Shown here: in pieces, positions 1-12,789 of the stretch | Position numbering within the stretch: position 1 is the stretch's first letter | How the letters are laid out: each line of letters opens with the position of its first letter | Origin: Hypanus sabinus | Taxonomy: Eukaryota | Length of the DNA: 64,000 nucleotides | Assembly (NCBI RefSeq): GCF_030144855.1 | Contig: NC_082711.1 | Location: forward strand, 10,974,001 to 11,038,000 | Direction of reading: 5' to 3' | Translations under genes and position numbers: made by a program | Notes under the pieces: model-generated | Told to the model about the DNA's origin: nothing | The model's input: the letters and a program-made list of their open reading frames with translations, nothing else | Database searches by the model: none

Positions 1-74
1 ATAGTGTGCAAACACCTTGCACACTAATGAGCCGTGCCGAATTGTGTTGCTGTAGTGGCTAATGTTAGTTCGTC

Positions 75-605
75 AATACAAAGAAGGCATGACAGTGGCT
101 AAATTTCATTAGAAGTTGAGGAAATTTGGTATGTCAAAGACACTTGCAAATTTCTACAGGCGTATCGCGGAGAGCATTCTAACTGGCTGAAGGGAGAGGG
201 CCACTACACAATTAGAGAAAGCCGTGAAAAGTTGTAAACTGGGCGCCAGTCTCCCCAGCGTCCAGGACGTATTCAAGCAGCAATGCCTCAAAAAGGCAGC
301 ACCCTACATTTAGGGACTCCCAACACCCTGGACATCCCTTCTCCTCATTGCTATCAAGGTACGGGCACACATTCAGGAACAGCTTATTCCCCCGCCATCT
401 GATTTCTGAACGGACATTGATCTGTGAACACTACCTCCTTACTCTTTTTGCATTTCTTATTTAATTCAAAATTCAACCTTTTTAAAAAAAATACATACAC
501 ATTCTTATCATAATTTACAGTTTTTATAATGTATTGCACAATACTGCTGCCGCAGTCAACAAATTTCACAACATATGCGAGTGATATTAAACCTGATGCT
601 GACCC
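75..605 (+). mobile_element. Degenerate Rex1/Babar-type LINE 3' end
   Basis: Decayed KFG-MSKTLANFYRRIAESILTG coding remnant; 3' tail family seen many times in the window. Confidence 0.65.
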
Positions 606-1640
606 GAAATTGATTCTCTTTCCTCCTTTAAAGTGCTCCATCTCCACACACACACACGTCTGGTCATGCTCCCTATCTAAAAAAAATGTAAGCTAACAAA
701 GCAAAATGACTGCTTATTTACACATGAAACTATATTAACATTACCACAATTCCCAGGATCCCCCAGCAAACGCTAATCAATTGCTCTAAGCAATTAACTC
801 AATTGGTTAAACAAGGCTACCCAAGGAGCTGCATGTAACCAACGAGGTAACAGGGTTAGGGGGGTGAATTTACATTGGCTAAGTGCGTGTTACTCAGGAA
901 TGTGATACAGCACATACGCAGCAGGTTACTCAAGAAAGTTAAACATCCACGGAGTCCGAGGGAAACAGTAACTGAATTATAAATTCAGGCGCGAAGCAAA
1001 GGCTGGTTGGGGTTTAAGTGACTGGAGGTTTCTGGCAGTGGGATTCGGCAGAGTTCAAACTGGACCTCACTTATAACGTCCGTACACCGTTCTAATCACC
1101 AACCTATCGGCAAGGTGCTGAAGACAGTCAAGGAGAGAAGGAAGGGAAATAGAAGAATTGAAAACAATTTTGGTCAGTGGGACTCTGAAGTGGGGTTATG
1201 CTGAAATGTGGGTATGTGGGTTCATTTCAGCATGGGAAACATAGCTGCAGACCACCTGCACAACTTTATAATACATGTTTCACTCTCTTTGACCAACCCC
1301 CCCCCCCCCCCCAGAGATACCAAGAGACGCAGACCATCTAGCATTCTGCGTACCACTGTACAGCTCCACAAGACATAGGAACAGACCAGCTATCTACCAT
1401 GGCAGATTTATTTTCCCTCTTAATATTCTCCTGTAACTTTTAACATCATTATTCATCAAGAACCTTCCAACCTCCACTTTAAATATACCCAATGACTTGG
1501 CCTCCACAGCCACCTGGAGCAAAAATGTTCACAGATTCACCTTCTTCTGGCTGAAAAAAAATTCCTTGATCTCTGTTCTAACAGGATGTCCGAGGCGGTG
1601 CCCTCTAGTGCTAGACTCTCCCAATCCAGGCCTTTCAATG

Positions 1641-2075
1641 ACACACACACACGGAGCAACTCAGGCAGCATCTATGGAAAAGATTAAACCGTTGATGTTT
1701 TGGCCGAGACTACTGGAGAAGGATAGAAGTACAAGGTGGTGGGTGATCGGTGAAACCAGGAGGGGGGCAGATGTGAAGTAAAGAGCTGCGAAGCCCAATA
1801 GTAAAAAAAAATGAAGGGCTGGAGAAGGGGGAATCTGATAGACGAGGGTAGACCACCACAGAAGAAAGGGAAGGAGGAGCAGCACCAGAGAGGGGTAATA
1901 GGCAGGTTAGGAGATAAGGTGAGAGGGGGAAATGGGAATGGGAAATGTTGAAGGAGGTTGGGGGGGGAGGCAATTACGGGAACTTTGAGAAATCGATGTT
2001 CAGGCATCAGATTGGAGGTGTAAGGTGCTCCTCCTCCTCTAACCCAAGTGTGGCCAGACTGCAGCAGACGAGACC
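1641..2075 (-). mobile_element. Penelope-like element 3' fragment
   Basis: Minus strand reads an LQxD..NIDFSKF-type ORF end, a pyrimidine-rich UTR and the terminal repeat shared with 41535-41938. Confidence 0.7.
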
Positions 2076-2458
2076 GTGGATGGATATGTTTCTACGTGTG
2101 TTGCTGTGGATTTCCAGCATCTGTAGATTTCCTCATGTTTGCCAGGTCTTTCAATATCCAGTAAGCTTCAATGAGATCTCTCTCCCCCCCCTCACCTTAT
2201 TTTTCTAAACCCTAGATTCTGATAAGTGTGGACCAGCAAGAATTTTAGTTTTAAACAAGCACATTGGGGATACAAGCTGACTTTAGCTGTAAAATTGGTT
2301 ATAGTATCAGTCTGAAAAGTTTACATAGAAGATGTATGAAAAGGTGCCTCAGGAGTTGACCAATAACAGTAACTCTAGAGACCAATAATTACAGAAGACT
2401 CCAATTTGAACTCGCATCAAATTCGACCCAGGCTCACCTGGAGTGGGTAATAGCCAAG

Positions 2459-3319
2459 TGTTACGAACCCTGTAACTGGGTCACTTACCAGCAAAGATAG
2501 AGAGGTCCGTTGAAGTCTGATGATACGATTTTTAACAGTATTTATTGGTAAAAATACACAAAAATAATATCAATGCAAATATACAGATAATATCCGTCGT
2601 CAATACTAAATCTAAAAGTGCGGGTATAATAATAATCAATAAGAAATAGCTCTATCGTTGTCTAGGGGATAATGTATTGTCCGATGGAAATATAAAGTTC
2701 ACTCAGTTCATGCAGGCTGCAGCCTTTGGGGACCGCCGAGTTTGCAATGGTTGGAGAGAGAGAGAGAGATTTGGAGAAAAACTTGCCGGCTTTCCTTTTA
2801 TGATTTCGATCTGTCGGAGTCTCGTTGGTGTGGCCGTTCACTTGTGGCCTCTCCTTTAGTTAAGCCGTTCTTCCGTGATGAGGCCGCCAATCCCAGGCAA
2901 GGGAAGGATGCACACGAGCCCCCCACCGGCTGTCGCTATTAAACGCTGTCACGGGATTTCGAGCGTTTCTCCTGGTGCGTCTAAAGGGGTTGTTCCCCAG
3001 ACCCTCTTTTATCCTTACTCACAGGGTCTCAGATGTCAATCAGGTTAGGATGATGCAATCCCTCAACCAGCCCACTCTGGTCATCCCCGAGGGGCTTCAA
3101 TGAATAGTACAGTACTCAATACACAATTCTGTCTCCAAGAGACAATGGCCGTTATCAGGGGTTTTTGTTTCGCTGAGGCCAGGACACATTCCAAACCTTG
3201 TGGATTCTCTCTCATTTCCTGGGTCCCAGACCTGAATTAATAGCCATCTTGCGATTCTCAAAAAGGAGGGGGCAACTCTGTACCCTTCGGCCCCTCAGAG
3301 TTGCTGCACATTCGTAACA
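2459..3319 (-). mobile_element. Solo LTR, 861 bp
   Basis: TG...CA termini with 9-bp inverted repeat (tgttacgaa/ttcgtaaca); 4-bp target duplication CAAG at 2455-2458 and 3320-3323; AATAAA on the minus strand. Confidence 0.88.
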
Positions 3320-4199
3320 CAAGTAAGCTTATTGAGTTTGAATTGTGAAACTGCTGAAAGAAAGTGTAACCAAAGTCATAGAGCACTGCAGAACAGAAAC
3401 AGGCGCTTTGGCCCATCTAGTCCGTACCAAGCTTATTCTGAATAGTCCCAATGAAATGTACCTGGACCAGATTTAATGAAGTTTTAGTACTATACAGTGA
3501 ATTTGAGTTTGAGCTAACTGTGAGCAAGCGATACAGGTAATGGGCAAAGTCATTGTGTTTGTCATGTGCTGCTTTTAATTTGTTTTCATTGGCAATGCTC
3601 CAAGACTGAAGAATTATAGTTATGAAGAGAAAACAATTGGGCCCTGCTTGTTTACTCTGTTACACCTCCTCCGGGCCTCTGCTTTCTAAATGAGGAACAT
3701 AAGCAGGAGAAAATAAGGAGTATAAAAAATCCCCTGGAGAGGTGACAAGGAGCACAAATTCAACTTTCCAGCTGATTTGCATCACAATGTAGCCCAAGAT
3801 AATCCTCCTCATAATTTATGTCACCAATTTTTTTTTACATCTGCAGACTTCCTAATCGCATTTGCAAAATTTGCATCCAGGTTGTTGATGTATTATCACA
3901 AACATTACAGGGTTCCAGCACCAACCCTTCCCATCACAGGCAAAGCCCTCATCATCACTGAGCACATTTTCACCACTGACTGCGGGGGTTTCCTTTGGGT
4001 GCTCCAGTTTCCTCCCGCGGTACAAAGGAGCAAGTTAATTGGTCATTGTAAATTGTCACACGATCAGGCCAGGGTCAAGTCAGGTTGTTGGGTGGCATAG
4101 CTTGAAGGGCCAGAAGGGCTTATTCTGCAATGTATCTCAATAAACCGATAATTTACATGGAAATTACGCTGCCACAGAAAAGCAGCATCCATAGGCTGT

Positions 4200-4339
4200 G
4201 CAACACACACAAAATGCTAGTGGAACGCAGCAGGCCAGGCAGCATCTATTGGGAGAAGCACTGTCGATGTTTCAGGCCGAGACCCGTCCTGACGAATGGT
4301 CTCAGCCCGAAACGTCGACACTGCTTCTCCCTATAGATG
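4200..4339. mobile_element. Penelope-derived fold-back repeat; right arm continues at 5564-5645 after a CR1 insertion
   Basis: Arms are reverse complements once the CR1 is removed; ATG duplicated at the junctions. Confidence 0.8.
4286..4319 (+). ncRNA. Minimal type I hammerhead ribozyme motif (Penelope-type)
   Basis: GTC-CTGACGA-A-(T)GG-tctcag-CC(C)-GAAAC-GTC-GAC: stem I GTC/GAC, CUGANGA and GAAA core boxes, GUC cleavage triplet at 4314-4316. Confidence 0.6.
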
Positions 4340-5563
4340 ACAATAGACAGTAGGTGCAGGAGTAGGCCATTCGGCCCTTCTAGCCAGCACCGCTAGCTAC
4401 TGTGATCATGGCTGATCATACACAATCAGTACCCCTTTCCTGCCCTCTCCCCATATCCCTTGACCCCACTATCTATATCTAACTCTCTCTTGAATGCATC
4501 CAGAGACTTGGCCTCCACTGCCTTCTGGGGCAGAGCATTCCACATATCCACCACTCTCTGGGTGAAAAAGTTTTTCCACATCTCTGTTTTAAATGGCCTA
4601 CCCCTTATTCTTAAACTGTGGCCTCTAGTTCTGGACTCACCCATCAGCGGGAACATGCTTCCTGCCTCCAGCATGTCCAATCCCTTAATAATCTTATATG
4701 TTTCAATCAGATCCCCTCTCATCCTTCTAAATTCCAGTGTATACAAGCCCAGTCGCTCCAATCTTTCAATATATGACAGTCCTGCCATTCCGGGAATTAA
4801 CCTTGTGAACCTACGCTGCACTCCCTCAATAGCAAGAATGTCCTTCCTCAAATTTGGAGACCAAAACTGCACACAATACTTCAGGTGTGGTCTCACCAGG
4901 GCCCTGTACAGCTGCAGAAGGACCTCTTTACTCCTATACTCAATTCCTCATTATAAAGGCCAGCATGCCATTAGCTTTCTTCACTGCCTGCTGTACCTGC
5001 ATGCTTGCTTTCATTGACTGATGTACAAGAACACCTAGATCTCATTGTACTTCCCCTTTTCCTAACTTGACTCCATTTAGATAGTAACCTGCCTTCCTGT
5101 TCTTCCCACCAAAGTGGATAACCTCACATTTATCCACATTAAACTGCATCTGCCATACATTTGCCCACTCACCCAACCTGTCCAAGTCACCCTGTATTCT
5201 CATAACATCCTCCTGATATTTCACACTGCCACCCAGCTTTGTGTCATTGGCAAATTTGCTAATATTACTTTTAATCCCTTCATCTAAATCATTAATGTAT
5301 ATTGTAAACAGCTGCAGTCCTAGCACCGAACCTTGCAGTACCCCACTGGTCACAGCCTGCCATTCCGAAAGGGACCCGTTAATCTTTACTCTTTGTTTCC
5401 TGTCAGCCAGCCAATTTTCAATCCATGTCAGTACTCTTCCCCCAGTACCATGTGCCCTAATTTTGCCCACTAATCTCCTATGTGGGACTTTATCAAAAGC
5501 TTTCTGGAAGTCCAGGTACACTACATCCACTGGCTCTCCCTTGTCCATTTTCATAGTCACATC
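4340..5563 (-). mobile_element. 5'-truncated CR1-type LINE (RT C-terminal half, frameshifted)
   Basis: ORFs 5042-5560 and 4426-4896 give YLDFQKAFDKVPH, QGSVLG, KFANDTKL and RPHLKYCVQFWSP; ctattgt-type tail. Confidence 0.95.
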
Positions 5564-7259
5564 ATGCTGCCTGGCCTGCTGTGTTCCACCAGCATTTTGT
5601 GTGTGTTGCTTGAATTTCCAGCATCTGCAGATTTCCTCGTGTTTGCCTTCTAGGCCATGCCTACTGGCAACTAATAATGGGTAGGAGGTCCAGAAGCTTT
5701 AAGTCCCCAAGCTAACAGGCTTAGTAATCACCTTACAATCATCAGGCTCCTGAACCAGCATGAATAACTTCACTCACAACTCTGAACTGATTCCACAACC
5801 GATGGACCCACTTTCAAGGACTCCATACAACTTGTGTTCTCAGCTTCTCTCCCCTCCCCACTTTATTTCCAGTTTGTCTTCTTCTGAACATTGGTTGTCA
5901 GTTTTTTCATAAATTCTACTGTATTTCTTTACTTTCATGTAAATATCTGCAAGAAAATGATCTCACGGTAGTATCTGGTGACATACATGTACTTTGATAA
6001 TAAATTTACTTTGACTACCATCAGAGACAAGTTCAGGAGTCTGAAGACATGAACTCAGTGATTCAGAAACAGCTTCTTCCCTTCCACCATCAGATCTCCG
6101 AGAGGTCCACGTGTACCACCTCATCATTCCTTTCTTTGGCACTATGCATTTCGTAATTTATAACAGTTATAATAGTTTATAATTTATAATAGTTATATAA
6201 TATATAACCCTCATGAAGGGTCTCAGTCCAAGGCATCAACTGTTTATTCATTTCCATTGATGCTGCCTGACCTACTGAGTTCCTCCAGCATTTTGTGTGT
6301 GATGTATAGCCTCCTTGACGTTTTGTGGTTCTCTAGTGACAAACATCTTGTACTAAAGTACAGATCTCAGATTGAATTTTGCACAAGTTAGTAACAAAGT
6401 TCAAAGTAAAATTTATCATCAGATTACATACTTGTCCCACATACAACCCACACTCTTTCTGTGGGCATGCAGTAACTGTAACAAGAGAACATTTGCATTC
6501 AGTGCCATCGTGGGGCGTCACAGATCAAAGCCAATGTGATTAGGGACAACAAAGCCTTCCGAGTGTGTTCATCCTTCCTTTACGGAAGATCGATTACCAA
6601 CAATTTGAAAACTACCAGAGATTTTAAGGAAACTTTTCCTCTGTGGGAATAAGTGAGCCTCAGTTTCAAACATTACTTAGAAAAATGTTATGCGATTTAA
6701 TCAAAGCTTTTTAACTAAATTCAGTAGATGCAGTATTGTCTTAGCCATCTGGCATCCATGGGGAATACAAGCTGCCAAACACAATATGAGAATTGCCTTA
6801 ATATTGCTGTGTCTCAGGTAATAGCATTCTACACACGAACCTTAATATTGCAAAATACAGCAATTCTAAATCAAATTATCATAATCACCATGACATGGTG
6901 CCAAACCTTTAGAGAAAAAGCAGCTGTTGATCAACATACAATTACACTGTCCTAAAATACTATAAATGTAAACAAACTCCAGGGATTCTGTAAATGCTCT
7001 GGATTTCCAGCAATACACACAAACTGCTGGAGGAACTCAGCAGGTCAGGCAGCATCTGTGGAGGGGATTTGGCCAAGACCCTTCCTCAGGGCGAAATAAT
7101 TTGATGACACAATTCATCTGATTGTAGCACAGCCCCTCAGCAACACCGAGCCTGAACACTCAGAGTGGTTATCTAGTACATCAAGTCTAGACCTACACAA
7201 AGAGCAGATACCTCAGAATTAGAAAGAAGTTTTTTTTTTAAAAATCACTGACGTATGCC

Positions 7260-7729
7260 TGTCGTGGTTTCTCGTGCCCCACAAATGATTAGGAGACGCA
7301 GAAGATTCTTCAAGAAGTATTAAACTTTAACTTGCAAATCAAAGCTGAGACAGTCATTGAGCTAGTCACTGATTGCCCACCCATCCTTGTACATAGCATG
7401 TTTTATAGCAATCTCCTGGTTTAGTTGCATTAGCATATCCAATGGTCTATAGTTGCGTACACAAGTACATCCGCCACTATTGTTTCTACCCATTGACTTA
7501 ATCATGTTCTAATCTACATCTCTTAGCTACCTCTCATTAACACACCATTGTCTTCTACATTCTTAAGATTTCATTCTCCTACTAAATTGGGTACATGCAT
7601 AGCAAATAGCAAACTCAGATTTTCGAATCTACATCTCATAGCTTCCTCTTATTAACACAACATTGTCTTCTACATTCTTAGGATTTCATTCTCTAGCAAA
7701 TAGCAAGTTGCAACTTTTATACTCCAATA
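7260..7729 (-). mobile_element. Probable solo LTR, about 470 bp, with an internal direct repeat of about 65 bp
   Basis: Starts TGTCGTGG; flanked by TGCC (extends to TATGCC) on both sides; TATAAAA on the minus strand near 7401; repeat at about 7511-7578 and 7626-7693. Confidence 0.6.
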
Positions 7730-9039
7730 TGCCATGAAATGTCCTCTTTTGCAGCAACAATACAGTGCAAGTTCAAGTTTTTTTTTTGACATTCTATGGA
7801 AATGGGAACCATTGACATTTGGGCCAAGATCTTTCACCAGGACATGAAGAAAATAATTCTCAGAAATTTTTGATGGTTGCATGAAAATTCAGAAGCATAA
7901 AATACCAGATAAACAAGTGGTTACGACTGCACACCAAGAAATCCACGTGGCATGAATCTGGAACAAGATCAGATGAAACCGAAAATCAGGAGTGAAATCT
8001 GCAGTGGTGAACCTAAGGCATTAACGCCGGGACCTTGTTTCCAAAATGACTTGGACAGGAATGTAGGGAACAGGATTAGTAAGTTTCAACTGACACAAGA
8101 ATTGGATCCATAGTAAAGAACATTGTTTAAGGATGAAGCTGGACATACATTAGCTTTCTTCACCAAGGATCATCACCTTGTCAGTGGAAGAGTTTGTGAG
8201 CTCCTGAGATCCCAAGAGCATGTTGCCTGGCACTCAGCTCCTAGTAGGGTCACCCATGGTGGCAAGGTCAAGGGGGAGGTTCTGGACAAACAGCAACCCA
8301 ACCACGACCTCAGCAGAGGGTAATGACACATCACAACAGCAGTGAAGGGTCCTCCATCATCTTGCATTCCATGTGTGAGACCCTGATCTGTCCAGGACCA
8401 CGTGGTGGCTGCCCACGCATCAGCCTCCTCACGTTAAGCAAAGTCACGCACAGCTGTTCTCCATTAGGAGAACATCGTACTTAACTCAAGCGATGACACG
8501 ACTAAATCAGCTAGGAAGCTGGGCAGAATAGTGGCAGGTAATGTAATTCAGATGTGAGCTCATGCTCTTTGGAGGTCCAATTCTGGCAGAACAGAGTAAG
8601 TGTCAGGGACACTGCTGAGGTACAAAGAAACCCAGGGGTGCATAGCTCCCAGAAAGCAAAGTTGAAGAACATAGTGAAAAGCGGTATAATAATCTTCATA
8701 GGCAAGGCACTGAGTACAAGAATAAGGAGTTCAGATTATAGTTGTACAAATATTGGTTCACATATTTCTGGTCACAACACCACTTCAATGTGATAGCAGT
8801 ATAGATTTCAGAAGTCTTTCTCAGATGTTTTGTGGAGCAGACACAGCAGCTATGACAGGGAACTGGATATAAACTGTTTATTCTCACTGGAATCTAGCAG
8901 ACTGAGGGGTGACCATCTGGAATTTTATAACATTACGGAACAGAGGAATAAAATAATTTTCCCTCCCGCAGAGAGTGGTGGGTACATAGAACAAGCTGCC
9001 AGAAGAAGCTCAAAGTGGATTTATTATCACAGTATATAT

Positions 9040-9412
9040 GGGTTGCAGAGTGGAGATACGTCTCTATCAAAGGCTCTTCATCGCTGGCCTGCTGGTCACC
9101 CTTGGGCAAGGTGTAGCACTTGCTTAGGTCTCCCCCCTCCCCCTCGATCAGGGTCACGTGAAGCCATGGGAACGGGTGGTGGATGGTCGTGTGAGCAGCC
9201 AGTGCAGATCACAAGTCCTGGTTATGTGACCACTGACACCAGGCAGACAATCCCTGAAGAGTATTGATAACGACTGGGGACCCATCTTACATTGACACTG
9301 CCCAGAAGGCAGCAATGGCAAACCACTTCTGTAGAAAAATTTGCCAAGAACAAACATGAAAGTTGTTCTATGGAAAGATCGTGATTGCCCATGTCATACG
9401 AACAAGCATGAT
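9040..9412 (+). mobile_element. SINE-like element with RTE-type 3' end
   Basis: gcaatggcaaaccacttctg...ttgccaagaa segment resembles RTE-clade partner repeats; it interrupts decayed CR1 sequence. Confidence 0.4.
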
Positions 9413-9970
9413 TCTCAAACTAACTTGAGAATCCGTTTTCTCCTGGTTTTTACGATAGAATTTACAAAAACTACACAGACAACCAAGAACCAATGTGCAA
9501 AAGACAAACTGTGCAAATAAAAATTAATACTGTGAACACAAGCTATAGAGTCCTTGAAAGTGGGTCACTAGATGGTAGAATTGATGATGAACAAAGTTAT
9601 CCACACCAGTTCAGGAGCCAGATGGCTGTAGAAACTGATAGGTGGTCTGTGGAACCTACTTGGCCCAATAGTAGAGGCAAGAGGAGGACATATCCCAGAT
9701 GTGAGGGCTTTGATTTTGGATGACTTGGAGAGTCGGACAATGACTTGGCTTCTACAATCATCCATGTCAATGAATCGCACAGAATACATGGATAAAGAAA
9801 TTCCTCCTCATGAGAGTGTGTCCTCTGAAGACAAGCACGTCTTCCTTGCCATCCCATCTCCTTGTACAGTCAGGTCCGGTGAGCTATGGACACTTCTTCA
9901 GCCTTTCAATCCATGGTAGTAGGGAATTGATTACATTCTGGCACATATGACAATAAGGTTATCCAAATCT

Positions 9971-10601
9971 ATAGATAGATAGATACTTTATTCATCCCCA
10001 AGGGGAAATTCAACATTTTTCCAGTGTCCCATACACTTATTGTAGCAAAACTAATTACATACAGTATTTAACTCAGTATAAATATGATATGCATCTAAAA
10101 TCACCCTCCCAAAAAGCTTTAATAAATAGCTTTTAAAAAGTTCTTAAATAGTTACTAAAGTGCATTGCGTGGTAACTTAAGCTCAGTCCTAACCCCAGCA
10201 CTTTAACATGTCTTGCCCCTGGTGGTTGAATTGTAGAGCCGAATGGCGTTGGGGAGTAATGATCTCTTCATCCTGTCTGAGGAGCATTGCATTGACAGCA
10301 ACCTGCCGCTGAAGCTGCTTCTCTGTCTCTGGATGGTGCTGTGCAGAGGATGTTCAGGGTTTTCCATGATTGACCGTAGCCTACTCAGCGCCCTCCGCTC
10401 TGCCACCGATGTCATACTCTCCAGTTCTGTGCCCACGACAGAGCCCGCCTTCCTTACCAGCTTATTAAGACGTGAGGCGTCCCTCTTCTTAATGCTGCCT
10501 CCCCAGCACGCCACCACAAAGAAGAGGGCGCTCTCCACAACTGACCGATAGAACATCTTCAGCATCTCACTACAAGCATGGAATGACGCCAGCCTTCTTC
10601 T
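9971..10601 (-). mobile_element. 5'-truncated Rex1/Babar-type LINE
   Basis: Uninterrupted C-terminal ORF (MFYRSVVESALFFVVACWGG...HPLH...AIRLYN) and (TATC)n tail at 9971-9985. Confidence 0.88.
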
Positions 10602-10689
10602 GTCATTCCCCTGGCCACAGTGCCCACCAACCATCTCATCGCTTCTGAATTACTAGTAGAGGCCATTCAGCACATCAGGTCCATGCTAA

Positions 10690-11120
10690 CTGTCCCGGGG
10701 ATCAGTCCGGCCTCCCATCCGTCACCACGCCGGTTGGCAGCGGCGCAACTCTGGCCGGAGCGACTCGGCCGCGACCCGTGGGTCATCTCGGGGGCTGGGT
10801 CTAGGGCTCGGCCACCGGCGGACAGGAACCAGCCACGGACAGCGAGGGCAGAGGCCGGTCGAGCGCCAGAGCCGCTCAATGGCGATGCCTCACGGACCCG
10901 TCCGTTTAAACCGGCCGCGCCATGACCCAGGTCAGGTGCTCAAACACAGCCAATCAGGTGCGAGTTTCTCCGGAGACCCGCCCCTCAGCTCTGCACCTGC
11001 AGATATTGGCATTGACGGGCCAAATGCACGTTCGCTGTGGGTTGTGTACAGATACACCGACCCGGGCAGGCTGCGGGGTGTGTAGATACTCTGACCCGGG
11101 CAGGCTGCGGGGATCCGCGG
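10690..11120. promoter_or_regulatory. CpG island with CCAAT boxes, GC box and YY1-like ATGGCG motifs
   Basis: CpG-dense non-repetitive stretch; CCAATCA near 10951, ATTGG near 11025, CCCGCCC near 10977. Confidence 0.55.
11044..11112. repeat. Two-copy tandem duplication of about 35 bp
   Basis: tgtgta..agatac..gacccgggcaggctgcgggg occurs twice. Confidence 0.8.
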
Positions 11121-11126
11121 ATTATT

Positions 11127-12559
11127 TTCAAGAAGGGAGGGAAGGAGAAAACGGAGAACTATCGCCCTGTTAGCCTAACGTCAGTCATGGGGAAGATGCT
11201 TGAGTCCATTATTAAGGACGAAATAGTGGCACGTCTAGATGGCAGAAATAGGATTAGGCCAAGCCAGCATGGATTTGCCAAGGGTAAATCATGCTTGACT
11301 AATCTGTTGGAGTTTTTTGAGGGTGTAACAAGGATGTTAGACGAGAGTGGATGTTGTGTACCTAGATTTTCAGAAGGCATTCGATAAGGTGCCACATAGG
11401 AGATTGGTGAGTAAAATCAGAGCTCATGGCATTGGGGGCAGGGTTTCAACATGGATAGAAAACTGGTTGGCAGATAGAAAGCAAAGGGTAGCAGTGAATG
11501 GGTGTTTCTCGGACTGGCTGGAGGTGACTAGTGGGGTACCACAGGGCTCTGTATTGGGACCACAGCTCTTTACGATTTATGTCAACGATTTAGATGAGGG
11601 CATTGAAAACTATATCAGCAAGTTTGCTGACGATACTAAACTGGGTGGCAGTGTGACATGCGAAGAGGACGTTAGGAGAATACAGGGAGACTTGGATAGG
11701 CTGGGTGAGTGGGCAGATACTTGGCAGATGTCATTCAATGTGAATAAATGTGAAGTTATCCACTTTGGAAGCAGGAACAAGAGGGCAGAGTATTGTCTGA
11801 ACGGTGTAGAGCTAGGTAAGGGAGAAATGCAAAGAGACCTAGGAGTCCTAGTTCACCAGTCAATGAAGGTGAATGAGCAAGTGCAACAGGCAGTGAAGAG
11901 GGCAAATGGAATGTTGGCCTTTGTTACAAGGGGAATTGAGTACAAGAGCAAGGGATGTCCTTTTGCATTTGTACAGGGCCCTGGTGAGACCACACCTGGA
12001 ATATTGTGTACAGTTTTGGTCTCCAGGTTTAAGGAAGGACATTCTGGCAATTGAGGAAGTGCAGCGTAGATTCACTAGGTTGATTCCTGGGATGGCAGGG
12101 ATGGCAGGGCTGTCTTACGCAGAGAGATTGGAGAGATTGGGCTTGTACACGCTGGAATTGAGGAGATTGAGAGGGGATCTGATTGAAACATTTAAGATAA
12201 TTAAAGGATTTGATTGGATTGAGGCAGGAAATATCTTCCAGATGTTGGGAGAGTCCAGTACCAGAGGGCATGGATTGAGAATAAGAGGTCAGTTATTTAA
12301 AACAGAGTTGAGGAAGAGCTTCTTCTCCCAGAGAGTTGTGGAGGTGTGGAATGCACTGCCTCGGAAGATGGTGGAGGCCAATTCTCTGGATGCTTTCAAG
12401 AAGGAGCTGGATAGATATCTGATGGATAGGGGAATCAAGCGATATGGGGACAAGGCAGGTATTGATAGTGAATGATCAGCCATGATCTCAGAATGGCGGT
12501 GCAGACTCGAGGGGCCGAATGGTCTACTTCTGCACCTATTGTCTATTGTCTATTGTCTA
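11127..12559 (+). mobile_element. Young 5'-truncated CR1-type LINE
   Basis: [43 protein letters not shown]; only two frameshifts; (tattgtc)n tail; TTATT repeated at 11122-11126 and 12560-12564. Confidence 0.96.
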
Positions 12560-12789
12560 TTATTCCTCTTCACGCTGCCTGACCTGCTGTTCCTCCCTGA
12601 TTCTGTGGATGTTCCTCTGGATTTCCAGCTTCTGCGGAATTCCTCGAATTTGTAACCCCGAGACCCATTCACCTGGACATCCCAGGTACAAACGCCCGCA
12701 CACTTGCAACACTCTCACAGGGTCAGAGCCGAAGTTTCCCCACCCTGGGTTGGTGTTGAACAGCCAGCTTTGCACCCCGGGAGTGCCAC

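Noticed and set aside
1198-1233. Perfect 11-bp hairpin (atgctgaaatg/catttcagcat)
   Set aside because: Stem too short for a pre-miRNA and no other support.
6604-6675. 9-bp inverted repeat followed by ACA (H/ACA-like)
   Set aside because: No H box or convincing second hairpin, and no host gene identified.
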